Shown here: positions 9,394-18,113 of the stretch, one piece after another
Layout: each line of letters begins with the position of its first letter
Numbering within the stretch: the first letter of the stretch is position 1
DNA from: a virus
Lineage: Duplodnaviria; Heunggongvirae; Uroviricota; Caudoviricetes
Direction: 5' to 3' (one strand)
Length of the DNA stretch: 64,000 bases
IMG/VR virus record: IMGVR_UViG_3300025364_000002
Position numbers and translations under genes: made by a program
The notes under the pieces: model-generated
What the model saw: the letters and a program-made list of their open reading frames with translations, nothing else
Database searches by the model: none
Told to the model about the DNA's origin: nothing

Positions 9394-9707
9394 AAATTTT
9401 CCTTTGCATGGGTTTCAAAGTATTCAATTACATGCCCGGTAACAACATTTCCATTTTCAGGGTTGATAGCCAAAGAAACGAGGTCTTCCATGTATTGCTC
9501 CGGAATGTAAAATTGAAAAATCGTATATGATTTCTTATTTTCTAGTTGATATGACCGAATTTCTTCTAGAAGATCATTGATATTTTTTCTAGGAACAGCA
9601 AACCAAATTTTGGTTTGATCAAATTCAACTATCAATTGGTCAGATGGATCAATCGCATAAGGAAATTCAAAATCTTCACTAAATGTTGCAGACCAAAACT
9701 TTTGCAT
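9390..9707 (-). CDS. hypothetical protein
   Basis: 105-aa ORF with RBS GGGAGA. Confidence 0.65.
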   Translation of the reverse strand: MQKFWSATFSEDFEFPYAIDPSDQLIVEFDQTKIWFAVPRKNINDLLEEIRSYQLENKKSYTIFQFYIPEQYMEDLVSLAINPENGNVVTGHVIEYFETHAKENL

Positions 9708-9722
9708 AATATTTCTCCCGAG

Positions 9723-9794
9723 TGGGTTGCCTGGGATTCAAACCCAGAACCAACATTTTAAGAGACTGTTGCACTACCATTGTAGTGACCACCC
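9723..9794 (-). tRNA. tRNA-Lys(CTT), slightly degenerate
   Basis: Loop CTCTTAA; one mismatch each in acceptor and anticodon stems; T loop TTTGAAT. Confidence 0.7.
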
Positions 9795-9825
9795 AAAAAG
9801 CAACGGTCCTATTATAGGACCGTTG
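9795..9825 (-). terminator. intrinsic terminator-like hairpin
   Basis: CAACGGTCCT-ATAAT-AGGACCGTTG followed by CTTTTT. Confidence 0.55.
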
Positions 9826-10034
9826 GGTTAAAATAATAACTTTAAAAATAAACTAAGTGCGGATTCAATAATATAATAATAAACTTGGGATTTCTCGTCT
9901 TGCCGGCCATAACGCCCCGCACGGCGAATTTTCGGGTTAGCAACGATACTATCCTGCGTCTACAAAACAAAGTTTGCAGATATTTCTACGTTACCATATG
10001 TGTTCGGGTTTATAAACTCGGTTTGGTTTTGGTT

Positions 10035-10104
10035 TGACCCTGGGATTCGAACCCTCAGTCTCCCGATGTTATGTCGGGCGTTCTACCGTTGAACTAAACG
10101 GGTC
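10035..10104 (-). pseudogene. degenerate tRNA
   Basis: Intact D arm and CCCGA/TCGGG stem, loop CATAACA lacks U33, deletion in the 3' T stem/acceptor. Confidence 0.6.
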
Positions 10105-10121
10105 AAAACTTGAGCTAAGTT

Positions 10122-10196
10122 TGGAGCGGGTAGGGGGAATCGAACCCCTCGTCATCTGGTTGGAAGCCAGAAGCTCTACCATTGAGCTATACCCGC
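10122..10196 (-). tRNA. tRNA-Gly(TCC)
   Basis: Canonical cloverleaf, encoded CCA. Confidence 0.95.
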
Positions 10197-10197
10197 A

Positions 10198-10383
10198 TTA
10201 AATCAGTATCGTTAAATACTTTGCGTTGTCTTTGTCTATTTGACTTTTGTGAAAAAGTATTAGCTTTTCTTCATACAGAAAAGAATATGACTCAATAACT
10301 TTTTTAAGTGATTTTGACACTACTGTCTCATAGTAATGAATTCCAACATACACTAACAATGACTCATCTGGAATGGAAATCAT
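10198..10383 (-). CDS. hypothetical protein
   Basis: 61-aa ORF. Confidence 0.4.
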   Translation of the reverse strand: MISIPDESLLVYVGIHYYETVVSKSLKKVIESYSFLYEEKLILFHKSQIDKDNAKYLTILI

Positions 10384-10531
10384 CCCGAATCATAACCTTC
10401 ACTGCTGACTTCATCATTATTATTTCTGGGGATTTGAACGGAAGTATCACGAGCCAGAAATGGCGACAAACTGTCATTAGATTTTCTAGAGGTTTTTCGT
10501 TCTAGATGATATACCTTGCCGGGAATTAGTT

Positions 10532-10942
10532 TTACCACGTATTCCATCCGCAAGTTCCCATCTCTTTTTCAAAATCATCCCAGCGATTTTGTTTTAACAA
10601 GTCTCTTTCTTTTGCACGCCGACGGCGACGGTCAAACTTTTTCCAAGATTTACTTTCTTTTGAATACTGAGATTTACGAAATTTTTTTACGTAACGTTTT
10701 TCTACTGCAACCTTGGTATTACTAAACATTTCCATTTTCCACCGTTCAAAAATGGAAGGTTTGATAATAGTAAAACCCCAATAAGGATTGAAAACCACAG
10801 GACGTCGATAAACTATATCAATATGCGTGCGAGTATCAAAGTAATATTGTCTTCCTTCAGAATCGAATGCGGCCCAACCAATACCATCACGAACTTTTAA
10901 ACCTTTTGGAACAGCGTGACGATTTCTCCATGTTTTAGACAT
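10532..10942 (-). CDS. hypothetical basic protein
   Basis: 136-aa ORF with RBS GAGGAG, Arg/Lys-rich C-terminus. Confidence 0.7.
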   Translation of the reverse strand: MSKTWRNRHAVPKGLKVRDGIGWAAFDSEGRQYYFDTRTHIDIVYRRPVVFNPYWGFTIIKPSIFERWKMEMFSNTKVAVEKRYVKKFRKSQYSKESKSWKKFDRRRRRAKERDLLKQNRWDDFEKEMGTCGWNTW

Positions 10943-10958
10943 ATATTCTCCTCAAAAC

Positions 10959-11360
10959 CTAACGGTTATAAGAAGAGATAAAAATTGTGTTTGCTTCATT
11001 TTCTGTTTTATAGAAACAAATATTGCTAAGCTGAAACCTAGAAATGTAAACAATCTTTTCTTTATGGGAAAATCTTAAATAAATTCCATTGCCTGCTCTA
11101 TTCGTATATCCCGCAGCATCGCCGCAATACAATACAATGTCCTTGTTTGGGATGCTCACGATATTACTTTTGAGTTGATCAACTGCTTCTTGTAAAGAAC
11201 CTTTATGCACATTCCATAGAGGTGCAAATGAATCGCTATTCCAAGCTAAGACACAATCATTCAGTAAGGATTCTACCCTGTAAAGGGTACCCAATGTAAG
11301 TTTATTTTGATAACTTTTACTATTTACTGTAAACTTGTTCAACAATCTATCATGCTCCAA
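10959..11360 (-). CDS. hypothetical protein
   Basis: 133-aa ORF. Confidence 0.6.
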   Translation of the reverse strand: MEHDRLLNKFTVNSKSYQNKLTLGTLYRVESLLNDCVLAWNSDSFAPLWNVHKGSLQEAVDQLKSNIVSIPNKDIVLYCGDAAGYTNRAGNGIYLRFSHKEKIVYISRFQLSNICFYKTENEANTIFISSYNR

Positions 11361-11441
11361 ACCATCATTGTCTTATAAGATTAGAGTGGTAGCACCAAGG
11401 CATTAAATCAAGCCCTGAAAGCTCAATGAGCGAGTTAAAAC

Positions 11442-11747
11442 TCATTGACCTCGGTTTGAAACAAGTTTACCAAATATAGCATTTTTTGAAATCCAACCAT
11501 TAATGAACCCACGATTATTGGATATTTGAAACCTTTCGCCTTGGATTGCACTTATAAGATGCAGATACTGCTTTCCTTTAACTTTGCAAAGAACGATATC
11601 GCCCTTGTCGAATTCAGTTTTTTCTGAAATAGGTTCAACGACTACAAGGTCACCAGACTCAATCAACGGCTTCATCGAGCTGCCCCTAGGTCGGAATTCT
11701 ACTGTTTCACCGCTTTTGAGCTTCTTTATGTATTCTGTGGCCCACAT
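11442..11747 (-). CDS. S24/S26 peptidase-like protein
   Basis: RGSSMKPLIESGDLVVV and KGDIVL...YLH motifs. Confidence 0.75.
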   Translation of the reverse strand: MWATEYIKKLKSGETVEFRPRGSSMKPLIESGDLVVVEPISEKTEFDKGDIVLCKVKGKQYLHLISAIQGERFQISNNRGFINGWISKNAIFGKLVSNRGQ

Positions 11748-12064
11748 TGTTCTTCAACCTTATTAACAAACTCTTCCCATTCTTCATCGGTAAATTTATC
11801 ACCAATTGACTCAAGTGTTTTTCTAAGCCGTGCTTTGACTTCTTTCTCCCAAAGCTCTTCAAATGGTTCACGTTCGCCTAACAAAAAATCATCAACCTCA
11901 TAAAGTTTAACCTTGTATACAGATGAAGCATTGTCATAATATTCTTGTGCTTCTTCTAGAGAAGAAAAGGTACGCTGTCGATAACATTCTTCATAACTTG
12001 TTCCATCATCCCCATAATGGCTTAGCCATTTTTCTACTCGATAATATGTTCTATTTTTGCTCAT
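11726..12064 (-). CDS. hypothetical protein
   Basis: 112-aa ORF in operon. Confidence 0.65.
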   Translation of the reverse strand: MSKNRTYYRVEKWLSHYGDDGTSYEECYRQRTFSSLEEAQEYYDNASSVYKVKLYEVDDFLLGEREPFEELWEKEVKARLRKTLESIGDKFTDEEWEEFVNKVEEQCGPQNT

Positions 12065-12644
12065 ATTGTTTTCTCGGGTCGGCTTCTGTAAATGACCCTC
12101 GCCATGTTCTTGGCCACTCTAATTTTAGAGTTACCATGTAAGTCTCAACAAGTACCTTATAATACCAAGTCTTGTTTTGTTTATCTATCCAATGTTGAAC
12201 CAAGAAAACAGGCTTGCCGAAAGCAATATGATCTAGAAAATTTCTGGACGCCTTTAACCCAGGTGGTTCGATCTTGTTAGTTGACACTACAGGAGCTTGA
12301 CCACAAGTTTTATCTTGGTGCCTGTAAACATACAACTTACCAACGACTGCGGTTTCATCTCTTTCAAATTCGGAATCGTTTCCAAGAATCTTTTCTTCAA
12401 TGTATTTCCTTACGTTCCCTGGAAGGATAATTTGTCTAGAATCAGGAATATCATGCCAATCAAATGGAGCTTTATCCCAACCTAAAATCCTATATTTTGG
12501 CACAGAGTATTTTTGTCGTTCTGGAGACCAGATCAATACCTCCGAACCGTATAATCCACCAACCAACCAATGCCAAGTCTGGTCATTGAAAGTCAGCTTT
12601 CTGGCTTTAGATGGAATTCGTGCTTTATTCACCTGTTTCCCCAA
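12051..12644 (-). CDS. hypothetical protein
   Basis: 197-aa ORF in operon. Confidence 0.7.
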   Translation of the reverse strand: MGKQVNKARIPSKARKLTFNDQTWHWLVGGLYGSEVLIWSPERQKYSVPKYRILGWDKAPFDWHDIPDSRQIILPGNVRKYIEEKILGNDSEFERDETAVVGKLYVYRHQDKTCGQAPVVSTNKIEPPGLKASRNFLDHIAFGKPVFLVQHWIDKQNKTWYYKVLVETYMVTLKLEWPRTWRGSFTEADPRKQYEQK

Positions 12645-12918
12645 CTTCTAATGGTTCAAGAACACCAACCGCCAATTTGACTTCACCAATTCTCTCAACA
12701 ATGGCCACTTCATAATAACAAGACCTACCCCCTGGGTAATTCGGGTCAACCATTTCATCTATGCTGTGACCAAGAAAAATGCAAAAATCTTCAGGGTAAA
12801 GGTGGGCAAACTTTCTTGTTTTACAAGAAACGGCTGTGTATTTCAGTCTGTTGCCAATGTTGCATGACTGACCAATCACAACCATACTTCCAGCTTGATC
12901 ATAAAACTTGTATTCCAT
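12625..12918 (-). CDS. hypothetical protein
   Basis: 97-aa ORF in operon. Confidence 0.6.
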   Translation of the reverse strand: MEYKFYDQAGSMVVIGQSCNIGNRLKYTAVSCKTRKFAHLYPEDFCIFLGHSIDEMVDPNYPGGRSCYYEVAIVERIGEVKLAVGVLEPLEVGETGE

Positions 12919-12997
12919 TTATACCTCTGACAGAGGGTACTTCCAAGAAGTATTTTCTCAAAAGTTTTCCCGTTTTACATTTTGCGTGGTTTCGAAA

Positions 12998-14248
12998 TTA
13001 GAAATGGACAGGAAACGGAATAGCATCGTGCACTTTTTCAAGCTTTGCCGCAAACATTACAAGTCGTTCAATGCCAAGTCCAAATCCAGCATGGGGCACA
13101 GTACCCCATCGACGAGTCTGTAAATACCAGTTCATCGATTCCATATCCATACCAGTTTCAATCATGGCACTCTTTAGCTTGTCATAGTCTTCTTCACGGA
13201 CCGAGCCTCCAACAAGTTCGCCAACATCAGGAAAAATCAAATCAAAACACTCGGCATACAAACCTTCGGTCTTCATATAGAAAGGCTTCATTTGCTTGGG
13301 CCAATGTGTGATGAACACCGGACCATTATATAGATCAACAAGCTTACGCTCGCCCTCGGCGCTCAAATCTTCACCCCAAGATTTACCAAGACGATCAATA
13401 GCTTGATCATAAGTAATTCGGGGCCAAGACTTGGTCTTGGTGAACAACACCTTTTCCAGATGTTTTTGGTCAGTACGAAGCTTATCAAGTTCGGGTTGCC
13501 CAAGCGTCAAAACTGACGCTAGCGACGCTCGTATCAATTCTTCTGCCAGGTCCATCGTTTCTTCTAGATCATAAAAAGCCATTTCCGGCTCAACCATCCA
13601 AAACTCAGAAAGATGTCGACGACCAGTGGACTTTTCTGCACGGAAACAAGGCCCGAAAGTATAAATCTTACCACATGACATCATGCCAACTTCACCATGC
13701 AACTGAGCTGATACCGTTAGATGACTATCCATCCAATCGGATGAAACCTTGAAAGTTTCTCCGGCACCTTCACAATCAGCTGCGGTAATCAGTGGAGCAT
13801 AATACTGGATAAAATCTCTTTTTGTTAGAATTTCATGAATTCGCATTGATAACAGGTGACGAATTCGCCAAACAGCTTGTGTTGCTGCGGTGCGTCCACG
13901 CATTCCTGGAATGGACCTCAAAAACTCTGTGGAATGTTCCTTTGGCTGAATAGGAAAATCGTCATCGGAAGCTCCAACAACTGCAAAGGAAGAAACAAGG
14001 AATTCATACGAACCCCTCGGAGTCTTGGAATCCATTCCCACGGCCTCAAAAGAGGCTCCAATCTTGAGTTCACCAAGAACTCGTGCATCTTCATCGTCGC
14101 CCTTGTGCTTTAGGGTAAGTTGATATTCCTCCTTGCCATCGGTTGCAGCAAGGAAAGTAATTTTTTTACTACGACGAATCGAGCGAATCCATCCATGACG
14201 AATTCGCTCCCCAACGCCAACATCTTTCGGCAAAAATTGCGATACCAT
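12998..14248 (-). CDS. asnS: asparaginyl-tRNA synthetase
   Basis: OB fold N-terminus, LTVSAQLH, GPCFRAEKS...RHLSEFWMVEPE, PHAGFGLGIERL. Confidence 0.92.
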   Translation of the reverse strand: MVSQFLPKDVGVGERIRHGWIRSIRRSKKITFLAATDGKEEYQLTLKHKGDDEDARVLGELKIGASFEAVGMDSKTPRGSYEFLVSSFAVVGASDDDFPIQPKEHSTEFLRSIPGMRGRTAATQAVWRIRHLLSMRIHEILTKRDFIQYYAPLITAADCEGAGETFKVSSDWMDSHLTVSAQLHGEVGMMSCGKIYTFGPCFRAEKSTGRRHLSEFWMVEPEMAFYDLEETMDLAEELIRASLASVLTLGQPELDKLRTDQKHLEKVLFTKTKSWPRITYDQAIDRLGKSWGEDLSAEGERKLVDLYNGPVFITHWPKQMKPFYMKTEGLYAECFDLIFPDVGELVGGSVREEDYDKLKSAMIETGMDMESMNWYLQTRRWGTVPHAGFGLGIERLVMFAAKLEKVHDAIPFPVHF

Positions 14249-14593
14249 GTCTAAAGCTTTTCAGTTAAGAGGGACACCCAAAAAAGTGGTCCAAAAATGG
14301 CTCCGAGAATAATTCCCAAAACAATCCCTATGACAATTCCTAGCGGAATTGTTAACACAACAAGTGTTAATAACATTTTTTCTTTAAAATTTTTCATTAT
14401 TGACAAGTTTGTTCAAATGAGGCAAATCAAGGGTATTTAAAAAGCGTGTGAGAAATCCAGGCAACCCAGGCAACAAACCCCTTTGTGACTCCAGTAAAGG
14501 CACCAACGATAGCACCTATGATCATGCCAATAGGACTTGTAAGAATCGCAAGGCACATTGCCATCAAATATAATACAAGATATAATTTTTCCA

Positions 14594-15502
14594 TCACTTG
14601 CCCAAAATATTTAGAAAGTCATCAGACTGAGAAATTTTAATACGGTCCCCGGTAGTTACCGGGAAAGTCAGTGTAGTACCATCACATGATACCACGGCTT
14701 TTCTAGTTTTACAAGTGATTTCTACAGACTCATCTTTCTTAAAGAAACCACTTGTCCAGCGTAAAGTCATACCTCGTTCCAAATTTTTCACTGGCTCTCT
14801 TACAACAAATTGACCTCTGTCATCTTCTAAATACAAAGGAAGACCGTCAGCACTTAAATTTGCTCCAGTGGAGCCACAAGCTGTAGAAATCCAAATTCCA
14901 CTAGAACGATGCTCTTCTTTTACAATCTCCTCTTTATTTTTAGTAATTCTAAAAACATACTTCGTAAGAGCAGCAGGGTGTGACGCTGCAAACAGTACAT
15001 CATTCAAAATACGATCTTGAATCAGCTCACCATTTATTTCAAGTTTGAATCGCTTTACTCGTTTGCTTGGCAATGAGGAAGAAGCAAGGGGGCCGAAACC
15101 TTTCCAAAGTCTAAATTTAGTTTTAAAATTATTGGCATCTGCGCAAGTAAAAAATCCAACAGAACTGCCGGGTGCGGAGTTTACTCCCATTATTGGGACT
15201 TTTGTGCCAACAAATTTTGATGCCCATAAAAATGTGCCATCACCACCAACCGTAATGACAATATCATAGTTGTCAATCTTTACAGCATTAGCACGATACC
15301 GCACATCAACTTTATCAAGAGTGAAACTTGACAAATTCTCTTTAACAATTTCTAAAGTTCTCTGGTGTGCTTCATGCGTCACCAATATCGAAGCGACACT
15401 TTCATCTCCAGCTTCGATAAGGTCGAGAAGCTTCTCGTTCTTTCGCTCTTTTGCCAACTGGTAGGCACTTTTTTTATAAATAACGAGAACCTTCTTAGAC
15501 AT
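14594..15502 (-). CDS. nadK: NAD kinase
   Basis: VITVGGDGTFL, ILNDV, SSGIWISTACGSTG motifs. Confidence 0.9.
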   Translation of the reverse strand: MSKKVLVIYKKSAYQLAKERKNEKLLDLIEAGDESVASILVTHEAHQRTLEIVKENLSSFTLDKVDVRYRANAVKIDNYDIVITVGGDGTFLWASKFVGTKVPIMGVNSAPGSSVGFFTCADANNFKTKFRLWKGFGPLASSSLPSKRVKRFKLEINGELIQDRILNDVLFAASHPAALTKYVFRITKNKEEIVKEEHRSSGIWISTACGSTGANLSADGLPLYLEDDRGQFVVREPVKNLERGMTLRWTSGFFKKDESVEITCKTRKAVVSCDGTTLTFPVTTGDRIKISQSDDFLNILGK

Positions 15503-15594
15503 TTTTATTTACTTAATAGATTGAACTTTTAAATCATTTTTAGCTTAATTTGATGTCAGCAGCTCATAAAATCATAGGATTATTTTAATCCATT

Positions 15595-16479
15595 TCAGAT
15601 TTCCATGGCGCTCCAATAATAGCGGAAGCTAAGCATTACCCAGAAATTAAAATCTCTTAATGGTGTTCTTTCTAAACGAATTTCAGCCTCAGGACCCCAC
15701 CGACCACCATCTGCTTCATCGTGAACATTTAAAAACAATCGCTCTTGGATAAGAAAACCAGTGGTCTGCCAATTTACTAAACCACCGCCGCCAGACTCAG
15801 CTTCTGGATCACGTGGCGGAACCTCGCACATAAGGTCGCCACCGGCAAGAACTTCGTCGAAGTTGTCACAAACAATTTCTGTTCCTGACAAATCAATTTC
15901 TCCGGTGCCCACTTCCAAATTTTGGTATACAGAGACCTGTAAAAAATTTTCAAACCGCCAAAACTTGGCTCGAATTCTTGCACCTACTTGAATACCCCAT
16001 TCTTGAAGATTGACATTGTTCAATGATTCATCAAAGTAATCTACTCCTAAATTTACATCAACTCTAACAATGTCTTCGTGTGAACGAGTATACGAAAAGC
16101 CAGCCAACAGTCTCAGTTCATCACCATCAAGATATCGACGGTAGGTAATATCAGAAACTCCAATAGCTAAAAGATGTCCATAACCTGAAACCTCTGTAAA
16201 TAACCAATCATTAGGAGAGTTACCTAAAGCACCTATGTTGACATTTAATCCCACATATGCCCAATCTGATTGGAAATCAAATCCACCACCACCAACGACA
16301 CCCGCTGAATCATGCCTCGACATTAGACCGAGGCCGCCGTTTAATGTCAATACGGGAAAGTGGGGTTCATTATTTTCTGACTCTTCCGTTGAATTTTGTT
16401 CGTTGGTACCGTTAGTGGCTTGAGCCAATGCAAAATTTGGCACTATGACCAAGAATGTGATTAATGAAATGTATTTCAT
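15595..16479 (-). CDS. secreted protein, possible outer-membrane beta-barrel
   Basis: Signal peptide ending ALA, alternating amphipathic strands, aromatic C-terminus. Confidence 0.55.
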   Translation of the reverse strand: MKYISLITFLVIVPNFALAQATNGTNEQNSTEESENNEPHFPVLTLNGGLGLMSRHDSAGVVGGGGFDFQSDWAYVGLNVNIGALGNSPNDWLFTEVSGYGHLLAIGVSDITYRRYLDGDELRLLAGFSYTRSHEDIVRVDVNLGVDYFDESLNNVNLQEWGIQVGARIRAKFWRFENFLQVSVYQNLEVGTGEIDLSGTEIVCDNFDEVLAGGDLMCEVPPRDPEAESGGGGLVNWQTTGFLIQERLFLNVHDEADGGRWGPEAEIRLERTPLRDFNFWVMLSFRYYWSAMEI

Positions 16480-16874
16480 TCTTTCTCCAGGTTCAGCTGT
16501 TTCATAACAAAAGCAATTTGCTTATCAAGTATTCTTGCAGAATTGCCAACATCTACCAAATTTAATTTGGCAGCTATATAACGATCCTCAGAGGTTTTTC
16601 TTTCTAACTCACATGTAGCTAGAAATGCAGACTCTAAATAAGCATCACAGGTTTCGGCATGTTCTGCGGCTTTTTGGAGTAAAACTGTTAGTTCTGCTTC
16701 TCTGTCCCCTGCGACTAGTTTTATATCTTTAAAGTTTTGTTCAGCTACATAATCTTGAACGACCATCATTAATGATTGTTCAATCATTTCTATGAGGCTG
16801 GACTCGTCCAATAGATTTTGATGATTTTTCAGGCGTTCCCAAAGGTCTTCTGCTTCAGACTTGAAGTTCTTCAT
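16476..16874 (-). CDS. hypothetical helical protein
   Basis: 132-aa ORF, translationally coupled. Confidence 0.65.
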   Translation of the reverse strand: MKNFKSEAEDLWERLKNHQNLLDESSLIEMIEQSLMMVVQDYVAEQNFKDIKLVAGDREAELTVLLQKAAEHAETCDAYLESAFLATCELERKTSEDRYIAAKLNLVDVGNSARILDKQIAFVMKQLNLEKE

Positions 16875-17082
16875 TATCCAATTCCAGTGCTTTTAACACC
16901 TTACGGTATCTGGATATGATTTTAACCTGGTTCATCACTGCATCAGCAATGGCTGAAAGCTCTTCTTCGGAAAGACCTGGCTTTAGCTTGGGTGTGATAT
17001 CAATATAAAATTTCTTATTTGAGATAAGAGGGTCGTCATACTCAAAAACTATCGAATTGCTATTTTTAGTTGATTTTGCCAC
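16855..17082 (-). CDS. hypothetical protein
   Basis: 75-aa ORF preceded by ATACTTA. Confidence 0.6.
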   Translation of the reverse strand: MAKSTKNSNSIVFEYDDPLISNKKFYIDITPKLKPGLSEEELSAIADAVMNQVKIISRYRKVLKALELDNEELQV

Positions 17083-17201
17083 TACTTTTAAGTATTTCTA
17101 ATACCGTTTCGTATCGAATGTAGATTATGAAACTAGACGCTAGCTATCGTCCCCATATTTTACAATAAAATTACTAATTCTTTGGTCTTTAGTTTTGAAC
17201 A

Positions 17202-17429
17202 TTAACCGCCCAAAATGCAAATCAAGCTATATGTCTGATATGAAATGCCATCTCTTGGATAGGTGTCCATGCGCCATGTATTTCGATACGCAGCTGCCCA
17301 CTCTCCTCTTTTCAGATTCGTAGCAACTTTACGATAAGCTCTTGCATCATCAGAATTAGTTTCTTTGCTTGCAAGATTTTCCAATTCGAAAATTGCTTCT
17401 TCGATTCGTCTTTGGAGTTTTTCTGGCAT
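17202..17429 (-). CDS. hypothetical protein
   Basis: 75-aa ORF. Confidence 0.6.
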   Translation of the reverse strand: MPEKLQRRIEEAIFELENLASKETNSDDARAYRKVATNLKRGEWAAAYRNTWRMDTYPRDGISYQTYSLICILGG

Positions 17430-17439
17430 TTTTATTTAA

Positions 17440-17515
17440 TAGGACGCCCAGGAATCGAACCTGGTGACGACACAGTTTATAAGACTGCCGGCTTGAACCA
17501 TCGGCCTCACGTCCT
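17440..17515 (-). tRNA. tRNA-Ile(TAT)
   Basis: Cloverleaf with loop CTTATAA, A73. Confidence 0.88.
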
Positions 17516-17538
17516 GAACTATTACCAAGTATAGCAGC

Positions 17539-17859
17539 TCACCTTGGATTGTTGAACAGAAAAAGATTTATCCTCTTCCTAAGTTCATTAGCTTTTTTAC
17601 TATCTTCATCTTCTGAAGAAATCAGATACTGTAATATATTTCTAAGCTCTTCTCTAAAGAATTGTACACGATCAGCTGACGCATCTCTTTCGTCTATAAT
17701 TGTTTTAACTGACGCTTCAATAGAAAGTCCCGCAGCATTAGGTGCTCTTCTGCTAAGAATTGCCGAAGTCATTTCAAACTTTTTACGCCAAGCAGCATTT
17801 TCATTTAATAAACGAATCAAAGCTTCATTGAGTTCTTCAACATCTTTTTCTTTTGGCAT
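17539..17859 (-). CDS. hypothetical coiled-coil protein
   Basis: 106-aa ORF preceded by ATACTTA. Confidence 0.65.
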   Translation of the reverse strand: MPKEKDVEELNEALIRLLNENAAWRKKFEMTSAILSRRAPNAAGLSIEASVKTIIDERDASADRVQFFREELRNILQYLISSEDEDSKKANELRKRINLFLFNNPR

Positions 17860-18113
17860 CTAAGATAAGTATGTGAAATATCACTTCGAAAGCATGATAA
17901 CAATTAAAAACGATGACAATACCACAATGTCAATAGGAAATTGGCGTCGCTGGTTTTTTTCCAGATATAGAAGGAAGCTACAACCTAAGCCTATTAACAT
18001 TATGGTATTGTCATCGTGAAAAATGCACAGAGGAAATCAGCAGCGCTGGTTAAAGATTACAATTTAGAAGGAAGCTCTAACTTAAGCCTCTGGCATAAGT
18101 ATCAGTTAATCTC